Shown piece by piece: positions 1-9,954 of a stretch of DNA of 64,000 bases; position 1 is the first letter of the stretch, and each line of letters begins with the position of its first letter. The DNA comes from an uncultured Verrucomicrobiae bacterium. Lineage in GTDB: Bacteria > Verrucomicrobiota > Verrucomicrobiia > Palsa-1439. Below the pieces are notes generated by a model, which did no database searches, was not told the origin of the DNA, and was given only the letters and a program-made list of their open reading frames with translations. The stretch covers positions 1 through 64,000 of the forward strand of contig CAWEWF010000009.1 of the NCBI GenBank assembly GCA_963812605.1, written 5' to 3'. Position numbers and translations under genes: made by a program.

Positions 1-9
1 GACGCGAAG

Positions 10-231
10 TTAGTTCAGGCTCTGGGTGCGAACCGCCTCTTCGACGGAACGGTTCCAGTGGTCGCGCTTCCAACCCGGGAAGTGTTTCTGCAACCACTCG
101 TGCGAGGCGCGTTCCCAGCCAATGTCCCGACCCAACTTCTCGCTTTCGATCCACTTGTATTTTTTAATTTCCTCCTGCTGGGATCGAAATACATCAGCGA
201 GAGGGTCCTTTTTTCGATGTCGTAACGTCAT
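10..231 (-). CDS. Small DUF4032-like protein
   Basis: 73 aa; EEIKKYKWIESEKLGRDIGWERA..EW resembles the short DUF4032-type proteins common in Verrucomicrobia; AGGAGG RBS upstream. Confidence 0.65.
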   Translation of the reverse strand: MTLRHRKKDPLADVFRSQQEEIKKYKWIESEKLGRDIGWERASHEWLQKHFPGWKRDHWNRSVEEAVRTQSLN

Positions 232-406
232 GTCAACCTTCCTCCTTGTGAAGGAAAAACTTGCCCGGACAATAGCCTAAAACCACGCGAAGTCAATCGG
301 CCATCCGTGACAAGTTGTTGACGGTCTAGCTGATTGCTGCCGAAACACTTGCAGCAGGGGTGTTTCAACTTGCCGCCTCTGTGGTTGTCCCGTATTGTTT
401 CGCGCC

Positions 407-3185
407 ATGACGCAACAGGGCCACCTCGAAAAAGTGCTGCGGCATGCCGAGGAGCGGCTTGTCATGAAATCCGGCGCGCGTCCCACCGAAATCCTCAATG
501 TTTACAAGAAGTTCCTCAAGGTCGAGGAACACCGGTTGCGGTTGCTGCACCATGCCGGCGGGGGCGGACGCGAGATTGCCCAGGGCCGGGCGCAGTTGAT
601 GGATGTGGTGCTGAGCCACGTCTTCAAGGCCGCGGATGAAAACTACCGTCAGACGCACGCCGACGATGTTGTGACCGTGTCGCTCGTGGCGATTGGCGGC
701 TACGGGCGCGGCGAACTCAGCCCGTATTCCGATATCGACATCATGTTCCTGCACGACTCGTCCCGTCGCGCCTCTCCCCTCCATCCCTACCTGACGGAAA
801 TGGTCGAGCAAGTCCTCTACATGCTCTGGGACGTTGGTCTCAAGGTCGGCCACTCCACTCGTTCGATTGGCGAAGCCACCGCGCAGGCCAACAAGGACAT
901 GCAGTCCAAGACCTCGATGATCGAATCGCGACTGCTCGCCGGCGACGAAAAGATTTATGAAACGTTTCGCCAGACGCTCGTCAAAGAGTGCGTCAAAGGC
1001 CATGAGGACGAATACATTGCCGCGCGCATGGAGGACCAAAAGGAGCGCCATGAGAAATACGGCGACTCGGTTTATTTGCAGGAGCCGAACGTCAAAAACA
1101 GTTGCGGGGGCCTGCGCGATTTTCAGAACCTGATCTGGATGTCGTTTTTCAAGTACGGCTGCCTGAAACTTTCGGAATTGCGGCAACGGGGTTTCATCGA
1201 GCCCACCGAGCAGCGCCAACTCGAGGCCGCGTACGATTTCATCCTGCGCGTGCGCAATTCGATGCACTACATGACCAATCGCGCCTGTGACGTCATCGGC
1301 CTGGGATTACAGCCGCAGATTGCGACGGAATTTGGTTATCGCCATCACGACATGCTGCGGCGGATCGAGGCGTTCATGCGCGACTATTACACGCACTCGC
1401 GCAACATCTTCCTGCTCACCAACGCGCTGGCCGACCGCCTGGCCCTCAAGCCATCCAAACAATCGCGGCTGGACACGTTGCTGGGCCGTCGCTCGCGCAA
1501 GACCGAGGAAATCGACGGCTTCCTGATCCGCGGCGGCCTGATCTCCGCGAGCGAGCCGGCGATTTTCAAGCAGGACCCCTTGCGGCTGATGCGCGTATTC
1601 CATTACGTGCAGCAACGCGAGGTGGAATTGAGCCCGGAGTTGCGCTCGCAGATTCGGCAAAACCTGAAATGGGTCGACCGCTCGTTCCAGTACTCGACGG
1701 AGGCCCGCGACACGTTTCTCGGCATCCTGCAGCACAAGGGGCAGGTCGCCCGCATCCTGCGCCGGATGCACGAGGTCGAGTTCCTCGGCAAATATATCCC
1801 CGAGTTTGGCCGGCTCACCTGCCTCGTCCAGCATGAGTTCTTCCATCGCTATACGGCGGACGAACACACCCTCCAGGTGATCGAGCATCTCGACCGCATC
1901 ATCGACGCGACCGCGCCGCCGCATGAGAACTACAAGAAGATTTTCCAGCAAGTGGAACATCCGCATGTGTTGTACCTCGCGCTGTTGCTTCACGACGTTG
2001 GCAAAGCCGCGAACGTGGACCACCACGCGGAAGCCAGCCTGGAAATGGCGCGCAAGGTGGCCGACCGCCTGCGCCTCGGCGATGATGAGGCCGCGCAGTT
2101 GCTCTTCCTGGTGCGCGATCATCTCAAGCTCTCGATGTTGTCCCAGCGGCGCGATCTCGACGACCAGGCGACGATCGACGCGGCGGCGCGCATCGTGAAA
2201 AACGAGGTGAGCCTCGACGAATTGTTGCTGCTCACGTTCGCCGACGCCGCCGGCACGAGCCTCAAGACGTGGACGGACTGGAAGGAAGCGCTGCTCTGGG
2301 AGCTTTATCGGCGCACGAAACAAACCCTCACGGGCGCGGAGCGGGCGCGGGACATCCTCTCGCGCCGCATCGAGCAGTTGTACAAGGATGTCAGCGCGAA
2401 GCTGAAGGACCAGTTGCCGCTTGAGGAGATTTATTCGCACTTCGAGCTGATGCCGGCGAGCTATTACATCAATACCAGCGCGGACGACGTTGAGCGCCAT
2501 CTCATGGTGATCCATCGTTTCCTGACGCGGCAACTCGAAGTTGAGGAAGCGGCGGACGCGCTCGTGCCCGTGGTGGATTGGCAGTCGTTTCCCGCGCAGA
2601 GCTACTCGCAGGTGTCGATCTGCACCTGGGACCGGCTGGGATTGTTCTCAAAAATCTGCGGGGCGCTGGCTTCGGCGGAGTTGAATATCCTGCGCGCGAG
2701 CGTTTACACCCGCGGCGACCACGTGGTCCTCGATGTCTTCGATGTTTGCGACAAGGAACTGGCGGCGGTCACGGACCAGCACGCGATCCAAACGGCGGAA
2801 GGAATGCTGGAACGGATGCTGAGCAATCGCGAGAACATCGAGTTTCCCGAGGTGCTCAAACGCCTGCGGATGATTCGCGGCGAGACCCCGCGGATTCGCG
2901 AGGCGCACATTCCGACGGTCATCGACATCGACAACGAGATCAGCAAGGCCCGCACGATCGTTGAGATCCAAACCGAGGATCGACTCGGTCTGCTGTTTAC
3001 GATCACACACACCCTCAGCGAATTGAACCTCGATATCAGTTTCGCCAAGATTTCCACAGAAAAGGGCGCGGCCATTGATGTGTTCTACGTGCAGGACCAA
3101 CTCGGCCAAGAAAATCACCGACGAAGCGCGTCTGGACGCCATCCGCGCGAAACTGGAAGCGGGGATCAATCTGCTGGCGAGCTGA
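407..3185 (+). CDS. glnD: [Protein-PII] uridylyltransferase/uridylyl-removing enzyme (frameshift near 3108)
   Basis: NTase motif AIGGYGRGELSPYSDID, EPNVKNSCGGLRD, HD domain (HRYTADEHT, LLHDVGK), two ACT domains (DRLGLF, EDRLGLL). The C-terminus KITDEARLDAIRAKL..LAS* is in a shifted frame ending at 3185. Confidence 0.95.
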
Positions 3186-3255
3186 TGGGAATCAAAGCGG
3201 TAGTGTGTCACTTTCAAAATCTCGCCTTGTGCCGTTTGTTCGGTTAATCCCGATG

Positions 3256-3279
3256 CGACGGTCACAGACCGCCGCTACA
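3256..3279. repeat. REP-like hairpin
   Basis: CGACGGTCACAGACCGCCGCTACA: imperfect palindrome with CTAC(A) foot, after glnD. Confidence 0.65.
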
Positions 3280-3371
3280 GTGTTTCAAACTGGCGCACGA
3301 CCCACCTGCCGCCGAGCTTGCAAGATTGTTGAATCGCGCTACCATCGGCGAAGCGTGGCGGGATTTTCTTC

Positions 3372-4817
3372 ATGAATGGAAACATACGACTTACCTCACA
3401 AATGGTGGGACAGGCCTCTGTGCCTGTCAAAGCCCATGGACACAGGCCCCGAAAGCTTTCGGGGTGCCACCAAAGATTTAAAGGGTTTACGAGACTATTG
3501 CCAACGATATTGACTGGCCTGCTGGTGGCGACGGCTTTTTCGGCGTTGCCTCAAAGCACGGCATGGGCACAGACGCCGATCCGCGTTGAAGTTGTGAAAA
3601 CCGCGGACGGCTGGCAATTGTTGCGCGGCGGCACACCGTATTTCATCAAGGGCGTTGGTGGAGATGCGCCGAAGACATTGCTGCCGCAACTCGGCGGGAA
3701 CACGTTTCGCACGTGGGGCGCCGATGATCTCCCGAGCCAGTTGGAGGACGCGCAGAAGTTGGGGTTGACGGTGATCGCGGGGATGTGGCTCGGCCACAAG
3801 CGATCGGGTTTTGACTACCACAACGCCGAGCAGGTGAAGAGGCAATTTGACAAGGCCCGCGAGATCGTCCGCCGCTCCCGCAATGATCCGGCCTTGCTCA
3901 TCTGGGCCATTGGCAACGAAATGGAGAATGACGAACCGGCCGGTGACCCGGCGGTTTGGCAGGCGATCGAAGACATCGCGGCCATGATCAAGAAGGAAGA
4001 CCCGAACCACCCGACGATGACGGTCGTTGCGGAGGTTGGCGGCGATAAAGTTCCCCAAATGGAAAAGTATTGCCCGGATGTCGATATCGTCGGCCTCAAC
4101 AGTTACGCGGGCGGATCGAGCGTGGGCGAGCGGTACAAGAAGCTGGGAGGCATGAAACCTTTTGTCATCACGGAATTCGGCCCGCCGGGGCAGTGGGAAA
4201 CGCGGAAGAAACCTTGGGGGGCTGTGCCCGAGTTGACCAGCACGGAAAAGGCGGATTATTACCGGAGGACCTATCTCGGGTCGGTGCTGGGCGAGAAGGG
4301 ATTCTGCTTCGGCTCGTGCGCTTTCACCTGGGGCTCCAAGCGCGAGGCGTCGGCGACCTGGTACGGAATGTTCCTCCCCGATGGCACCAAGGTCGCCGCC
4401 ATCGATACAATGAGCGAATTGTGGACCGGCAAACCGGTGAGCAATCCTTCGCCGCGCATCAACAGTTTGAAGCTGGCCGAGGGCGACGGCCGGGTGGACC
4501 CGGGCGCGGTGGTGCATGTGTCGCTGGATGCCAGCAGCGCGAATGGCGAGCCGATCAAGGTCAACTGGGAACTGGAGCGCGACGCGTTTCGTTACCAGGT
4601 AGCGGCGGAGGGAGCCAGTGGTGCGGCACGATTTCCCGAAGCGATTGTCAGCGCGACGGACAAAGGGGTTGATGTGAAAATGCCCGCAGGCGGCGGCGGC
4701 TATCGTCTCTACGCGTTCGTGCACACCCCCCACAACGGCAGCGCCGTGGCCAACGTGTGCCTTTTCGTGAATGGCCCCGAGGCCAAGCCGCCCGCGACGA
4801 AGGCTGGGTTGCCGTAG
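3372..4817 (+). CDS. Secreted clan GH-A glycoside hydrolase (GH2-like TIM barrel)
   Basis: Signal-like hydrophobic stretch ending AWA; PYFIKGVG, GGNTFRTW, WAIGNE (acid/base), ITEFGP (nucleophile). Confidence 0.8.
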   Translation: MNGNIRLTSQMVGQASVPVKAHGHRPRKLSGCHQRFKGFTRLLPTILTGLLVATAFSALPQSTAWAQTPIRVEVVKTADGWQLLRGGTPYFIKGVGGDAPKTLLPQLGGNTFRTWGADDLPSQLEDAQKLGLTVIAGMWLGHKRSGFDYHNAEQVKRQFDKAREIVRRSRNDPALLIWAIGNEMENDEPAGDPAVWQAIEDIAAMIKKEDPNHPTMTVVAEVGGDKVPQMEKYCPDVDIVGLNSYAGGSSVGERYKKLGGMKPFVITEFGPPGQWETRKKPWGAVPELTSTEKADYYRRTYLGSVLGEKGFCFGSCAFTWGSKREASATWYGMFLPDGTKVAAIDTMSELWTGKPVSNPSPRINSLKLAEGDGRVDPGAVVHVSLDASSANGEPIKVNWELERDAFRYQVAAEGASGAARFPEAIVSATDKGVDVKMPAGGGGYRLYAFVHTPHNGSAVANVCLFVNGPEAKPPATKAGLP

Positions 4818-4827
4818 GGCAACGCTG

Positions 4828-4977
4828 GGTAGTGTGTCAGTTTGAACTCAGGCTTCGTCGATGTGTTTCTGCATTGTAGGGCAGGCGGCCCGCCTGTCAG
4901 GTCCATAAACGACGGCAAGCGAGCCGCTTGCCCTACAAATTACGCGAAATGGGCTTCGAGCAAATTGACACACTACC
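4828..4977 (+). mobile_element. 150-bp MITE, copy 1, containing a REP doublet
   Basis: Terminal inverted repeats GGTAGTGTGTCAGTTTG...CAAATTGACACACTACC; near-identical inverted copy at 22643-22792; no transposase. Confidence 0.85.
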
Positions 4978-5073
4978 CAATATCTGGAAAGGCTCGACTT
5001 TGCGTTGCCACATTGCTAAACTCAGCTTGCTAAGAAGCGGGTGAGGCAAGGGCTGGGACAAGAAGTGCCGGGT

Positions 5074-7406
5074 ATGAGCAAACCGATTACTGTCAGGCTG
5101 GCGACGGCAACATCAGGCCGCCTCACCATCGCATTGATCCTTTTGGTCTTGGTCGGCGGGGCCTTTAATGCCGGCGCACAGACGCTGACTATTCTTTGGT
5201 CGTTCACCAACGTGGTTGATGGGGCCAACCCATATGCAGGGTTGGTGCAAGGCACCGACGGCAATTTCTACGGGACGACCGGTTCACCTACTTCCAGCTC
5301 AACGAGTACCGTGTTTCGAATTAGTCCTTCCGGGATTCTGACGAATCTTCACACGTTGAGTGGCAATGATGGCGTCTATCCCAATGTGTTGGTCCAAGGC
5401 ACTGACGGGTATTTTTACGGGACGACGCAAGGCAGATTTTCACCCAGCCCATCTGGCACTGTGTTTCGTGTCAGTCCAGACGGTAGTTTCACGAATCTAC
5501 ACTCATTCAGCGGTAGTGATGGTGGATATCCAATTGGGGGGCTGGTGCAGGGCACAGACGGCAACTTGTACGGCACGACCTACTCTGGCGGGACGAGCAA
5601 TGTTGGCACCGTGTTTCGGATCAGTCCAAGCGGCAGTTTTACGAACCTGTACTCATTCAGCGGCAGTGATGGTGCCGGACCAGCATGTGTCCTGTCGCAA
5701 GGGAACGACGGTAATTTCTACGGGACAGGCTCGTGTGGCGGGGCGTTCACGAACAATGCTCCCGACGGCACGATCTTCCCCGGCTACGGTACGGTGTTCC
5801 GAATCAGTCCGGGAGGCAGCTTCACGAATCTGTACTCGTTTAGTGGCAGCGATGGGTCCGTTCCAATTGGGGGACTGGTGCGGGGCGGTGATGGCAATTT
5901 CTACGGCACGACCTTTTATGGGGGGACGAATGGCAACAACGGCACTGTGTTCCGGATCACTCCGAGCGGCAGCCTTACGTTGCTTTGGTCATTTACGAGG
6001 TAGCGATGGAGCTGCGCCCAATGCCGCGTTAGTGCTAGGTAGCGACGGGAACTTATACGGAACGACTACGGGAGGCGGGCCAAGTTGGTCTTTTAAAGGA
6101 ATATTATTCCGAATCACTCCGAGCGGCAGCTTGACGAATCTGTACTCTTTCAGTATCAGCAATGCAGATGGAGCCGTTCCACGAGCCGGGCTAGTACAGG
6201 GCAGCGATGGCAATTTTTACGGGATGACGAGTATATTCGGGATGAACAATTATGGCACCGTGTTTCGGATCAGCCCGCCGGTAACCTAACAAATCTTTAC
6301 TCCTTTGGTGGCTCTCCCAACGACGGAATCGAGCCACAGCTTGGGCTGGTACAAGGCAGCGACGGGAGTTTCTATGGCACGACTGAGTATGGCGGCAGCA
6401 CCAACTGTTATTTCGGCTGCGGCAGCGTGTTCAAACTGACTGTTCCCCTCAGCCCGGCGCCCTACCCAATCAATCAGATTACCGGGATTCAATTGTCAGG
6501 CACAAACATTGTATTCGGCATCCCGTCCATAGCCCATGAGAGCTATCAATTGCTGTTTAGCAGTTCGCTGACCCCTGCCAATTGGATCGGCGTCCCTGGC
6601 GCGGTTGTCAGCAACAGTATCGGCAGCATTCTGACATTGACCAACTTCGGTGGCGCTTTGCAGACGCAAGCATTCTATCGGGTGATGGTCAGTCTCGGCG
6701 GGATACCTTCGCTGGCCTCCGACAATTCCGCTGAGAGCGCCTACAGGGACGGCTGGATCAATGGCAGCGACGGTGGTTTCGACTTCAGCGCATGGATATT
6801 GACGGCGACCAGCACGAGCGGTAATAGCAATGGCTTTTTCATCGGCTCGTCCACGAACAATGCCTTCGGCACGTCGCCCGGGCATTGATGTCGGCGGCAA
6901 ATCGTGGGGCATTTACGCCAACGGCGGCAACAACACGGCGGCGTATCGGTCGTTGGCCACTGGTTCGGTGCCGGTCGGCGGCACCTTCAAGATCGACATG
7001 GACAACGGCCTGATTGATACCGGCAGCTCGGATGGGTTCGTACTTGCGAAACGGCAATGCCACGAATGACCCCTCCGCTTACAACACGAACGCCCGCTTT
7101 GAGTTTTTGTACATCGGCGGGGATTCCAGCAACAGCTACAAGGTGGTGGACGCCGCTGGTCTCTACAACATCGGTGTGCCGTTTACGGGGACGGGGTTGC
7201 ACCTCACGTTTACGCTGAATACGGTTGACACCTACACGTTGGTTGTTATCGACAACGCCAGTGGCGCGACCGCGGCTGTCGTCAACGGCACGCTGGGCGG
7301 CACGGCAGGCAGCACGCTGGACAGCCTTGCGCTCTTCAACCGCAACGCGGGCAGCACCAGCGCCAACGACGCCTTCTTCAATTCGCTGCAAGTTATCGGT
7401 CCGTGA
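5074..7406 (+). CDS. Secreted GloVer/TIGR03803 tandem-repeat protein with C-terminal beta-rich domain (frameshifts near 5998, 6280, 6883, 7045)
   Basis: Signal peptide (AGA-QT); about 7 repeats of [21 protein letters not shown]...[18 protein letters not shown] continuing across ORFs 5041-6003, 5360-6289, 6427-6888 and 7014-7406. Confidence 0.8.
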
Positions 7407-7457
7407 ACCGATCCTAACGGGGAGATAGAGGGTTTGTTTTGCGATCGGTGGCCGATT

Positions 7458-8141
7458 CGCGCGTTTCACAGAAACGCGGCTACACCGAATCCCGACAATT
7501 CTGCCTAGACATCGAATTCCGATAATGGTATCGTCGGGGCATGTTCTTGGACAGGAAGAGGAAGGGGCGGCACGTCGCCGCACACCATCCGATCAAAAAA
7601 CACGGGCGGGAGCCTACTTCGCAAGGACGCTACGAAGGCCAGGCTGCCCGCGCCACTAAGCGGAGAGGAGGCGACGAGCCTACTTCGCTAAAGCTACGAA
7701 GGCCAAGAGGACTTGAAAACATGTGTTTCTGCGAAACGAACCCATTTTATTTGCGGGGTATATTCGATGCATCATTTTTATGCGCAGATATTTACGCCGT
7801 TTGCGGCGCGTTTTGCAAATGGGTTTGTTTTGGGAAAACGAAGCCAAATCGAACCCATTTGAAGGGGTATTTGAGGCCACGGAGCGGAAAGCGAAGCCAG
7901 TTTCGGATTGGCGGGAAGGAAGGAGACCTCGGAGTGCGCGGTCGGGAGACCGTCGCACAACGGGAGTGCGGTGGGCCCCGAGAGGGTTCGGGGTGAAAGA
8001 CCGATGTGCAAGGGGGAATGGGATAAATGAGGATGACCGCAACCGAGACGGTCGCGCTACCGGGGAATCTGTGGCAGGCACGCGACGGGGGACGGTGTAA
8101 TGAATGACAGGACGACCGCAACCAGGGACGGTCGCGCTACC
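7458..8141. repeat. Cluster of heterogeneous REP-like hairpins and an inverted-repeat element
   Basis: GCCTACTTCG(N)CTACGAAGGC twice (~7612, ~7678); GACCGCAACC..GACGGTCGCGCTACC twice (~8035, ~8114); CGAAACGAACCCATTT...AAATGGGTTTGTTTTG (7730-7835); further hairpins at ~7458 and ~7935. Confidence 0.7.
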
Positions 8142-8225
8142 AGGAGGGATGGGAGAGACGGAAACCGGCGTGTTTTCTTTCGGGAGTTGGTTTAGGATTT
8201 TGGCGATGAACGTGGCAGGTTGAGC

Positions 8226-9936
8226 ATGGCCCATAATACGACTTCGGAACAACGGAAGCTGCGGCAGTTTGAAGTGCTGGTGCGCGTCAGCAGCATGATC
8301 AATTCCACGCTGGAACCGGAGGAGGTCCTCGACCGCGTGCTCGGCGAGGCGGTGCGGGTGATGCAGGCGACCAGCGGCTCGATTGTGTTCATCGACCCGC
8401 ACACGCAGATGCTGGAGATCGAAGTGGCCATCGGGCTGAGCGAGAAGGCGCGGCAAACGAAACTCGCCATTGGGCGCGGCGTCACCGGCTGGGTGGCGAA
8501 GATGGGCGTGCCATTGCGGGTGCCGGATGTCACCGCCGATCCGCATTATGTTTCCGTGCGCAAGGACATCCGCAGCGAACTCGCGGTCCCGCTGCTGGTC
8601 GAAGGCGCGCTCATCGGGGTTTTGAACGTGGACTCAACGCGCCGCGACGCGTTCAGCAGCGGAGGATGAGGAACTGCTCGTCGCGATCGCCAATCAGTCC
8701 GCGCAGGTCATCCAGAATTCGTGGTTGTACCAGGCGGTGGCCCACAACGCGCGGCAATTGGAGTCGCTCTTTTCCGTCGCGCACTCGGTCATCTCTTCGC
8801 TGAACCTGCAGGACATCCTGCAGCGTGTCACGCGGGACGCCTGCCGCCTGATGGACACGAAGGTCGGCTCGCTGATGCTGGTCAATCCGACGCGCGAACT
8901 TCTCGAATTGCGCGCCTGCCACGGGGCGGGGACCAAGTACCTGCGTCGTCCGCCGCTGCCGTTGTCCGACAGCCTCATTGGTTTCGTCGTCCGCCGCCGC
9001 AAGCCGTTGCGCATTTTCAATGTCCAGACACACGACGACTATCGGCACACCGAAATGGCGCGCGAAGAGGGCCTCGTCTCCTTGCTGTCCGTGCCGATGA
9101 TCGTAAACGACATGGCGATTGGCGCGCTGAATGTTTACTCGGCGACCCCGTACCATTTTTCCAACCAGGACATCAAGACACTCTCCGCGCTCGCGAATCT
9201 CGCCGCGGTGGCGATTGAAAACGCGCGGCTGCACGAGAAGGTCGTGGACGTGGAAGAGCAACTGCGCCACAACGAGCGCCTGAGCACCCTCGGCCTGCTG
9301 GCCGCTGAGGTCGCCCACGAAATCCGCAATCCGCTGACGGTGATGAAGATGTTGTTCCATTCGCTCGACTTGCAGTTTCCGCCCGAGGACCCGCGCGCGC
9401 GGGACGCCGAGATCATGGGGGAGAAAATGGACCAACTGAACAAGATCGTCGATCATTTGCTCGGCTACGCGCGCTCGACCGAGCCGACCTTCGAACTGGT
9501 GGATGTCAACGACCTGCTCGACGACGTGCTGCTGCTGACGCGCCAGAAATTGAGCCAGCAGAAGATTGAATTGGTGCGGAAATTTGGCGAGGGACTGCCG
9601 AAGGTGCGCGCCGACCGCGGCCAGATCGAGCAGGCCTGCCTGAATTTGATTCTCAACGCCGCCGACGCGATGATTCGCGGCGGGACGCTCACCGTTTCCT
9701 CGGCGAAACAAGACGAACCTGTGAGCGCGATGGTGTTATCGTTCACCGATACGGGGATGGGCATGGCGCCCGAGAAACAAAAGCAGATTTTTGAGCCGTT
9801 CCTCACCACGAAAGCGCATGGCACGGGCCTCGGCTTGGCCATCGTCCAGAAAATCGTCGAGGCCCACAGCGGGAGGATCGAAGTCCAAAGCGCCCCGAAG
9901 AAAGGAACGATGTTTCGGATCCTGTTGCCGGCGTGA
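8226..9936 (+). CDS. Cytoplasmic GAF-GAF sensor histidine kinase (frameshift near 8657)
   Basis: Two GAF domains (GVTGWVA...RSELAVPL; LLSVPM), H-box VAHEIRNPL, N-box NLILNAADA, DTGMGM, FLTTK, GTGLGL. Confidence 0.9.
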
Positions 9937-9954
9937 CGCGGACGCAGCGGGCGT

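Noticed and set aside
5215-6440. Tandem ~150-bp DNA repeats as a non-coding array or DGR
   Set aside because: Explained by protein-level GloVer repeats; no reverse transcriptase is present.
7600-8145. CRISPR array
   Set aside because: Repeats occur only in pairs from different families with irregular spacing; no cas genes.
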